In this document: positions 1 to 5,605 of the stretch, in pieces
How positions within the stretch are numbered: the first letter of the stretch is position 1
Layout: each line of letters opens with the position of its first letter
Virus record (IMG/VR): IMGVR_UViG_3300017814_000003
Span: 1-37,813 of that record
Strand: one strand, 5' to 3'
From: a virus
DNA: 37,813 bases
The notes under the pieces: model-generated
What the model was told of the DNA's origin: nothing
The model's input: only the letters and a program-made list of their open reading frames with translations
The model's database searches: none
Made by a program: the position numbers and the translations under genes

Positions 1-127
1 ATAAAATTCTGTATGGGGAAACTACAGATCCAGGAATCAATACCATGTACGCCATAGCAAAAGCACTCAACTGCAAAGTTGATGATTTTATCACGGATGA
101 AAATGAAGTCCAGACTATAGCTGCGCA
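1..127. repeat. Terminal direct repeat, copy 1 (identical to 37687..37813)
   Basis: Base-by-base comparison of both window ends. The repeat lies inside the repressor coding sequence. Confidence 0.95.
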
Positions 128-215
128 CCATGATGGCGAGGACTGGACCAGAGACGAGCTCGATGAGATCGAGCGATTCAAAGAGTATGTTAAAAGTAAA
201 AAGGGGGAAAGATGA
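1..215 (+). CDS. 3' part of the XRE/CI-like repressor (continues from 37575..37813; 1..127 is duplicated sequence)
   Basis: The frame is continuous with 37575..37813 (codons start at position 3). Stop TGA at 213..215. The C-terminus reads ...HHDGEDWTRDELDEIERFKEYVKSKKGER. Confidence 0.85.
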   Translation, partial: KILYGETTDPGINTMYAIAKALNCKVDDFITDENEVQTIAAHHDGEDWTRDELDEIERFKEYVKSKKGER

Positions 216-218
216 TTT

Positions 219-602
219 ATGACGAGATACGAGGAGCTGCTCGAAGAATACAGCGATCTCGATGTTGAAGAAAAAGAGAAGATGAAGCACGAGGGGCTGT
301 ATGCGGACGGCTGCATATGGATAAGCAAAGACGTATCCGAAAACCGCAAGGCATGCATCCTGGCCGAAGAGATCGGCCACCATGAACTAACTGTCGGCGA
401 CATCACAGACCAGACCGACATCGCAAACCAGAAGCAGGAATTAAAAGCCCGCAAGTGGGCATACAGGAAGATCATACCGCTGCGTGATATATTCCGGGCC
501 ATGGCCGCAGGATATGGAACACCGTGGGAAATGGCGGAATATCTCGATGTGGACGAGATGTTCCTTAGGGAGTGTCTAAAGATCTACGGATTTATGAATT
601 GA
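219..602 (+). CDS. ImmA/IrrE-like (COG2856-type) protein, anti-repressor protease family, with an atypical EEIGH motif
   Basis: Lies 4 nt after the repressor stop, the classic XRE-ImmA pair. The segment ILAEEIGHHELTVG aligns to the ImmA block xxAHELGHxxLH. Confidence 0.7.
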   Translation: MTRYEELLEEYSDLDVEEKEKMKHEGLYADGCIWISKDVSENRKACILAEEIGHHELTVGDITDQTDIANQKQELKARKWAYRKIIPLRDIFRAMAAGYGTPWEMAEYLDVDEMFLRECLKIYGFMN

Positions 603-615
603 GGAGGATGAAAAA

Positions 616-1026
616 ATGAGAAAAAAGGTATTAGTTGTTTTGATCATCGCCGCGCTGGCGATAACGATGACTGCCTGCGGGAGCTCCAGCAGTTCTACGA
701 AGACGCAGCCGAAGAAGGTGACGTACAGCAGCATCCTGAAAGATTATACCGAGAAGATGAAGTGCCAGACGCCAAAGCTGGTCAAAGAGTACAACACTAA
801 AGCTAAGAAGCATACCGGCGACATAAACGCACTGGCAGACATCTGTACTAAAGAGACCGAAAAACTGGCTGACACGTGCACAGAAGGTACACAGAAGATG
901 GCAGACCTTATGACAAAGAACGGTGATAAACAGAGCGTATACGAAAAGTGGGCAAAGAAGTTGCAGAACGTCTACCAGAACGACGCTAAAAAGATCACAG
1001 ACGCCTATACGAAGTCTGCGACCTGA
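616..1026 (+). CDS. Prophage-encoded lipoprotein (candidate superinfection-exclusion factor)
   Basis: RBS GGAGGA lies upstream. The N-terminus MRKKVLVVLIIAALAITMTAC-GSSSS has a signal peptide and a lipobox-like Cys. The mature part is Lys-rich. Confidence 0.7.
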   Translation: MRKKVLVVLIIAALAITMTACGSSSSSTKTQPKKVTYSSILKDYTEKMKCQTPKLVKEYNTKAKKHTGDINALADICTKETEKLADTCTEGTQKMADLMTKNGDKQSVYEKWAKKLQNVYQNDAKKITDAYTKSAT

Positions 1027-1122
1027 TACAAGTGAAATAAAAGAGCCGCCCCGATTCGCACTCCAGACGGCTCTCCGCAAAGAAAGTGAACCGCTTTCTC
1101 AACGCTGCACTGGTATTATACC

Positions 1123-1152
1123 ATATCGGTGCAAAGATGTACCGATATTTTT
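1123..1152 (+). terminator. Hairpin plus T-run just upstream of int (candidate intrinsic terminator or regulatory hairpin)
   Basis: ATATCGGT (1123..1130) pairs with ACCGATAT (1141..1148) around a 10-nt loop, followed by TTTT. Confidence 0.4.
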
Positions 1153-1174
1153 ATATACTAAAAAGGAGGCTACT

Positions 1175-2305
1175 ATGGCCGGAACAAAACAGAAACGCCA
1201 GGGCGATGCCTGGATGCTGCAGGTCCAGATCGACGGTAAAAGGTTTAATAAGACCGTACATTGCAAGTCTGAAGCAGGAGCTGACCGTGAGCTGGCCAAG
1301 TTTTACTCAGCGTGCGAAAGCGGCGCCGTAAACACAGGGAACATACAATTCGGAGATCTATGTGACCTCTACCTGAAAAGTCACTGTGAGGGCAAACTGA
1401 AGCGCTCAACGGTACAACTGGAGAGGTCTGCCATAGAGAGCAGACTGAAACCGCAGTTCAAGATGCGCGCCAGCAAGATCAAGCGCAGGGACGTGCAGGA
1501 TTGGGTCGATGATATGAGCAGGGAGCTATCGCCTAAGACCATCCGGAACTACTGCTCTGTCATGTCGTCGATCATGCGATGGGCCGTCGAAAAAGAATAT
1601 ATAGTAAGCACCCCCTGTCAGTTCATCGAATATCCTAAGATGGACAGGAAGGAATCCGCACACTATGAGATCGATGACATCTGCAGGTTGATATGCGTGA
1701 TCAACAAGGCAGAGCTGAAATACCGGACGGCCATACTGATCATGATGATGAACGGGCTCAGGATAAGCGAAGTCACCGGGCTCAACTGGAGCGACATAGA
1801 CCTTGATTCAGGGCAGTTCAAAATCAAACGAGAGCGACTGTACAGGGCAAAGCTGGGAGCCTATGAAGATGATCCCAAGTCGAAGAAGTCAAAAAGATAT
1901 GGTACTTTCACTGATGATATCCTGCAGCTTCTGAAAAAGTGGTCAGCGCAGCAGAAGGAAGACCGACTCCGCATCGGCAGCAGGTGGATAGCATCTGATG
2001 CAGTGTTCACAGACTGGGACGGACGCCCTACTAGGCCCAATCAGATATATAACTACTGGAAGAAGTTTTGCCGGGATAACGATCTGCGCTACATCCCGCC
2101 GCACGGTCTTAGACATACCTATGCATCGATGCTGCTGTACATGGATATGGACCTTAAGGAGATCCAGGAGGGTCTCGGACATTCCCAGGCGTCCACAACT
2201 CTAAATATTTACGCCCACCTAATCGAAGACAGACGCAAAAAATCGCGCGAAACTACCGATAAGGTCCAGACGCTCATACAGAGCATGAAAACGCGCGAGG
2301 GGTAG
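1175..2305 (+). CDS. int: Tyrosine recombinase / phage integrase
   Basis: RBS AAGGAGG lies 7 nt upstream of ATG 1175. Catalytic motifs are present: GLRISEV (Arg), HGLRHTYAS (H-x-x-R) and LGHSQASTTLNIYAH (His, Tyr). Confidence 0.92.
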   Translation: MAGTKQKRQGDAWMLQVQIDGKRFNKTVHCKSEAGADRELAKFYSACESGAVNTGNIQFGDLCDLYLKSHCEGKLKRSTVQLERSAIESRLKPQFKMRASKIKRRDVQDWVDDMSRELSPKTIRNYCSVMSSIMRWAVEKEYIVSTPCQFIEYPKMDRKESAHYEIDDICRLICVINKAELKYRTAILIMMMNGLRISEVTGLNWSDIDLDSGQFKIKRERLYRAKLGAYEDDPKSKKSKRYGTFTDDILQLLKKWSAQQKEDRLRIGSRWIASDAVFTDWDGRPTRPNQIYNYWKKFCRDNDLRYIPPHGLRHTYASMLLYMDMDLKEIQEGLGHSQASTTLNIYAHLIEDRRKKSRETTDKVQTLIQSMKTREG

Positions 2306-2331
2306 CATTTTGGCCCGCATGGAAGGCGTCC

Positions 2332-2350
2332 TGCAACATTTCTGCAACAT
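2332..2350 (+). repeat. Candidate integrase arm-type site pair, left of the core (TGCAACATTTCTGCAACAT)
   Basis: Two TGCAAC hexamers 11 nt apart. The near-identical sequence recurs at 2521..2540 in the same orientation, on the other side of the tRNA-like core. Confidence 0.5.
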
Positions 2351-2360
2351 CGCGCAAAGT

Positions 2361-2395
2361 AAAACCCCGGAGCCCTTATGAACTCCGGGGTTTTC
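2361..2395. terminator. Bidirectional intrinsic terminator after int
   Basis: AAAACCCCGGAG (loop) CTCCGGGGTTTT. The GC-rich 8-bp stem has an A-run on one side and a T-run on the other. Confidence 0.8.
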
Positions 2396-2418
2396 TGGTG
2401 CGGATGACAGGACTTGAA
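2396..2418 (-). other. attP core candidate: 23-nt tRNA 3'-end fragment (T-loop, T-stem 3' half, acceptor 3' strand, CCA)
   Basis: The minus strand reads TTCAAGT-CCTGT-CATCCGC-A-CCA and is followed directly by the terminator hairpin. No matching T-stem 5' half, anticodon arm or D arm lies upstream, so this is a fragment, not a gene. Confidence 0.6.
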
Positions 2419-2520
2419 TTAGCTGGTGTATGTATATTGTGGATACTGCGAAAAATACGAGCATATATAGTATTAAATATGGCATATATGCGCACTACGG
2501 CAAGTACGACCACAGAGTCG

Positions 2521-2540
2521 TGCAACTTTTTCTGCAACAC
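2521..2540 (+). repeat. Candidate integrase arm-type site pair, right of the core (TGCAACTTTTTCTGCAACAC)
   Basis: Direct repeat of 2332..2350, with a one-base longer spacer. Confidence 0.5.
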
Positions 2541-2552
2541 GCAGAATAGTAG

Positions 2553-2581
2553 TTGACATACCACTCATTGAGTGATATATT
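2553..2581 (+). promoter_or_regulatory. Near-consensus sigma-70/SigA promoter for the cargo operon
   Basis: TTGACA (2553..2558), a 17-nt spacer ending in TGa, then TATATT (2576..2581). It reads away from attP into the 2624 gene. Confidence 0.65.
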
Positions 2582-2623
2582 ATAGACATGATAAGGAAAG
2601 GGCAAAGCCCAGGAGGTATAGAG

Positions 2624-2896
2624 ATGAAAAAGAACGAATGTAAAAAAGCGTTGAACACGATAGCAGATAATGGGAATAAAAACGACAACGGATACAGATA
2701 CGAAGTCCAGATGAACGACTGGCAGAACTACGGAAAAGATAGAACATATTTTAAGATCATCGAAACCAGGAGTAATAGCAAGCACTGTGCAGTTAAAGAT
2801 TATGGATACTACGATAACAAAGCTGATGAATATGTTCCCGGAAAAGCTGATCTGAATAGCGGATTCGATTTTGGCGGAAACGAAAAACTGTATTAG
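2624..2896 (+). CDS. Hypothetical cargo protein A (90 aa, hydrophilic, Asn/Lys/Asp-rich)
   Basis: RBS AGGAGG lies 7 nt before ATG 2624. The ATG at 2588 sits at the predicted transcription start and has no RBS. No motif recognised. Confidence 0.6.
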   Translation: MKKNECKKALNTIADNGNKNDNGYRYEVQMNDWQNYGKDRTYFKIIETRSNSKHCAVKDYGYYDNKADEYVPGKADLNSGFDFGGNEKLY

Positions 2897-2911
2897 TGGG
2901 GAGGTGTAGAA

Positions 2912-3778
2912 ATGAAGATATATATGATCACAAAAGAGCAATTCGAGAATACAGAATATAGGCCGCTGGATGTGGAAGTAGAAGAGATCGAAACAGAGGA
3001 AGACTGGACGTACAAGGACGTCTGCGAGAATCAGACGGTCGAGTGTGAGCTGGTCGTGGATGCAAGAGATCTGTACGTATATAGAACAGAAACAGGGTAC
3101 GTTGTCGAACTGAAAGAGACCCCGATCAGGGAAGCAAGAACAGAGTCAGGGCTGACCCAGCAGAGATTGAGCGATATATCTGGGATCCCAAAAAGGACGA
3201 TCGAGAATTGGGAAGGCGGCCAGAGAAGCTGCCCGGACTGGACAGAGAGACTGGTGGTAAACGAGATCAGGAGGATAGGAAAGATGATGAATGAAGTAAG
3301 ATACATAGTAGTAGATACTAACATGGAGCATGGCGGAATGGATGAATGGCATGACGCATACGCAGACATAGAATCCGCGAATGCAGCTGCAGCAGAAGCG
3401 TGGGATCGCCTCACCGCAGCAGAGAAAAAAGAGAGACACATATATGTGGCCACAGTCAAGGCAGAATATCTGAACGATGATTGCTTCGAGGACGGTGAGA
3501 TCACCGACTGGGACGGATTCAACAGTTATGATGTGGACGGCTTCGACAGTGAATATATGGATAATTTAAAAGAAATGAATGCGTTTGATCTAATATCTGA
3601 TAGACTAGGAATAGACAGGAATACTGCGCTGATATCAGACTATCTGACCATAAATACAGGCCGTGATGGGAAAACATATGCCTGGTATTACGATGGCCAA
3701 GGCAAAGACGCCTTTGTAGAAATAGGAAATACAGATATATGTGAGGATCCTGACAAAAGTGAAAAACTTTTTGCTTAA
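2912..3778 (+). CDS. Hypothetical cargo protein B (288 aa) with a central XRE-type HTH
   Basis: RBS GGGGAGG lies upstream of ATG 2912. The central segment ARTESGLTQQRLSDISGIPKRTIENWEGGQRSCPDW is HTH_XRE-like. Both flanking domains are acidic and unrecognised. Confidence 0.7.
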   Translation: MKIYMITKEQFENTEYRPLDVEVEEIETEEDWTYKDVCENQTVECELVVDARDLYVYRTETGYVVELKETPIREARTESGLTQQRLSDISGIPKRTIENWEGGQRSCPDWTERLVVNEIRRIGKMMNEVRYIVVDTNMEHGGMDEWHDAYADIESANAAAAEAWDRLTAAEKKERHIYVATVKAEYLNDDCFEDGEITDWDGFNSYDVDGFDSEYMDNLKEMNAFDLISDRLGIDRNTALISDYLTINTGRDGKTYAWYYDGQGKDAFVEIGNTDICEDPDKSEKLFA

Positions 3779-3780
3779 CT

Positions 3781-3822
3781 AAAAAAAGCCCCTGAGTCGT
3801 GAGAGATCTCAGGGGCTTTTTG
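3781..3822. terminator. Bidirectional intrinsic terminator between the cargo operon and the lysis cassette
   Basis: AAAAAAAGCCCCTGAG (loop) CTCAGGGGCTTTTT. A second hairpin, CCTGGCC..GGCCAGG, lies at 3826..3852. Confidence 0.8.
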
Positions 3823-3945
3823 CTGCCTGGCCATGTACAACTTTTGGCCAGGACTTATGCTACATATTTTTGGTGCCGGTAAACGGCGCTGTTGTTAACG
3901 GCCACATCCTCCGCCGCCTTTTTTACTTCCTTTTTTTTCCGAACA

Positions 3946-4251
3946 TTATAATGCCTCGCTTTCATTTATATGATTCTCGTTTTCCTCTTCATCACTGGAC
4001 CCTGCAGGCGAGTTATACTGCAGCGCTCTGCTGCTGTCGGATATCCCCTGGGTGGTCGGATCGACCGCGATCCCCAGGATGGTCAGCAGTGCGAATACCG
4101 CGTTCACGATGGCCAGCAGCTTGTCGCTGATCACATCGTAGCTCCAGTCCACCCCGAACGCCGCGAGCACGGCCTGTGCTACCAGCAGCGCTGCAGGGAT
4201 CAATGCTACCCAGAATGCTTTACTTTTTAGCCTTAACTTCCAATTAATCAT
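3946..4251 (-). CDS. Holin (Firmicutes siphophage type: MINWK N-terminus, DPTTxGxxDS motif)
   Basis: RBS AGGAGG lies 7 nt upstream. There are two hydrophobic helices, and the motif GIAVDPTTQGISDSSRALQY is typical of this holin family. The C-terminal tail is acidic. Confidence 0.8.
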   Translation of the reverse strand: MINWKLRLKSKAFWVALIPAALLVAQAVLAAFGVDWSYDVISDKLLAIVNAVFALLTILGIAVDPTTQGISDSSRALQYNSPAGSSDEEENENHINESEAL

Positions 4252-4262
4252 AATGATTCCTC

Positions 4263-4586
4263 CTATCTTTGTGACATCATACGAACGTGGTCATCCAGCT
4301 CATGGGATATGTCCGTCTGATATTGAATATAATCTTCCAGTTCTTTGACTTCGCCGTTCGGCTTTTCCTGCTTTACCAACTTTACCAGCAGCTTTGCTGT
4401 ACTCTTGGCCAGCTTCCCGTTGGCGTTTAAATTTTCCAGCTCAAGGGTATCCTTCTTGCTCCGATCCGCATAACGCTGATCGCTGATCTTATCCCGTTTT
4501 CCCATTCTCCGGTAGATAAAAAAAAGCAATAGCGGGATCGCGAATGCCTCAAGTACCTTTAGTGATATGTCGATTACTACGCTCAT
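4263..4586 (-). CDS. Membrane protein of the lysis cassette (N-terminal TM plus coiled coil; BhlA/UviB-like architecture, tentative)
   Basis: Sits between endolysin and holin. The TM segment is LEAFAIPLLLFFIY, followed by a charged helical region. An alternative GTG start exists at 4625. Confidence 0.5.
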   Translation of the reverse strand: MSVVIDISLKVLEAFAIPLLLFFIYRRMGKRDKISDQRYADRSKKDTLELENLNANGKLAKSTAKLLVKLVKQEKPNGEVKELEDYIQYQTDISHELDDHVRMMSQR

Positions 4587-4684
4587 TGAAGTCTGTCCCT
4601 CCTGTGTCTCAGTACGCGGATCCACCCGCGGAGCCAGGACATATACCAGCTGCCCTGCCTGTGCCTTAAATATAGTTTCATCTT

Positions 4685-5107
4685 TTAAAAACTGTTGATC
4701 TGACGTCTTCCAGATGCCGACTGTATGCCGCGATATCTGTCCCTGGAATCGATATGAACGAAGCCGAGGTTATCGTATCTGATGATACAGCGGCAGTGGA
4801 TCTTTTCGCAATACTCGGCGATCTCTCTGATGCTCACACCTGGGATCGATATATCGAATGCCCTGCCCTTGCAGTGAGCGCTGTTGTTTATCCCGCCGCA
4901 GCGCCTGTTGAATGCCAGGGTCCGATATCCGGAATTGATATGGACCGGCTTGCCGAAGTGCGCTCTGATTTTTTCCAGTTTATTCTTAACGTAGGTGACA
5001 TCGATCAGGATCAGATCCGCACCGTCTGTGCAGGCGAACTCCTTTACCTGGAAATGAGGACTAATATACTTGTTTCCTGATTTACTTTTATGATATTTTT
5101 TTACCAT
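4685..5107 (-). CDS. Endolysin, peptidase M15A family (zinc D-Ala-D-Ala carboxypeptidase-like), single domain
   Basis: Motifs FQVKEFAC, SGYRTLAFNRRCGGINNSAHCKGRAFD and FVHID match M15A (H-x6-D ... H zinc site). RBS AAGGAG present. Confidence 0.8.
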   Translation of the reverse strand: MVKKYHKSKSGNKYISPHFQVKEFACTDGADLILIDVTYVKNKLEKIRAHFGKPVHINSGYRTLAFNRRCGGINNSAHCKGRAFDISIPGVSIREIAEYCEKIHCRCIIRYDNLGFVHIDSRDRYRGIQSASGRRQINSF

Positions 5108-5125
5108 GATTTTTCTCCTTCCTGT

Positions 5126-5152
5126 AAAAAAAAAATAAGAGCTGCTCGCTCT
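5126..5152 (-). terminator. Weak hairpin plus T10 run between the tail genes and the lysis cassette
   Basis: The minus strand reads AGAGC-gagca-GCTCT-TA-TTTTTTTTTT. The stem is only 5 bp. Confidence 0.3.
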
Positions 5153-5154
5153 GT

Positions 5155-5592
5155 TTATACCCCCCAGACATCGACCGAGGCTGTTCGTGCTTTGCCCGTT
5201 CTGCTCAGGCCGGACATCATTCCGAAAGATATCGTGTTACCGCTAAAGTAATCGACTGCTGTGTAGACCCTGTAGCTGTTTTCTTGCACCTGCACATCTG
5301 CACTGTGTATTGTAGTAATGCCTGTGGCGGTTATTGTACAGTGCCCCGATGATTGGTACATGCTTCCATTCGCCGTTGCAATAGCATAGCTGTCCGAGAA
5401 CTGCTTTAAACCGTAAAAATGTTTTTGTCCGTCGCTGTACGCATCTGTGAATGTTCCGTCGCCATTGTCAACATGACTCGTTCTATAAACACGATCTTCA
5501 ACCGTACTCAATCTGTTTTTTATGGCCGGGATCACTTCGCTTGCCAGCTTCTGCAAGGCTGTATTAATATCACCGTCTACTGTAATTGCCAT
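5155..5592 (-). CDS. Tail-fibre-associated protein (unknown; possibly a distal receptor-binding or assembly component)
   Basis: Strong RBS AAGGAGG. It is the last gene of the tail block. It has an N-terminal helical segment and then a beta-rich part. Confidence 0.5.
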   Translation of the reverse strand: MAITVDGDINTALQKLASEVIPAIKNRLSTVEDRVYRTSHVDNGDGTFTDAYSDGQKHFYGLKQFSDSYAIATANGSMYQSSGHCTITATGITTIHSADVQVQENSYRVYTAVDYFSGNTISFGMMSGLSRTGKARTASVDVWGV

Positions 5593-5605
5593 TTCTGCCT
5601 CCTTT

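Noticed and set aside
1-127. Whether the terminal 127-bp repeat could be attL/attR, an LTR, or a physical direct terminal repeat.
   Set aside because: It bisects the repressor coding sequence, which reads in frame through the junction. The attP-like site is elsewhere (about 2396..2418). The length equals a common assembler k-mer. It is best explained as a circular-contig overlap.
923-1174. An 84-codon N-terminal extension of the integrase ORF, plus the antisense ORF 631..1080.
   Set aside because: The extension overlaps the lipoprotein gene and crosses the terminator-like hairpins. A strong RBS precedes the internal ATG at 1175, where integrase homology begins. The antisense ORF has no RBS and its sequence is Arg/Cys-rich nonsense.
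2396-2418. Whether this is a complete tRNA gene.
   Set aside because: Only the T-loop, the 3' T-stem half, the acceptor 3' strand and CCA are present. The bases 5' of the T-loop do not pair with the T-stem, and no anticodon arm or D arm can be built. It is a fragment, the attP core.
2219-2941. Minus-strand ORFs (2219..2485, 2376..2564, 2473..2688, 2495..2941) that cross attP and the cargo genes.
   Set aside because: They overlap one another in different frames and cross the terminator and the tRNA-like core. They have no RBS and give Phe/Ile/Ser-rich sequences typical of antisense AT-rich DNA. The plus-strand genes have a promoter and RBS support.
3870-4230. Plus-strand ORFs 3870..4130 and 3970..4230, downstream of the bidirectional terminator.
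   Set aside because: They are antisense to the holin gene, begin downstream of a terminator with no promoter or RBS, and have Arg/Pro/Cys-rich composition.
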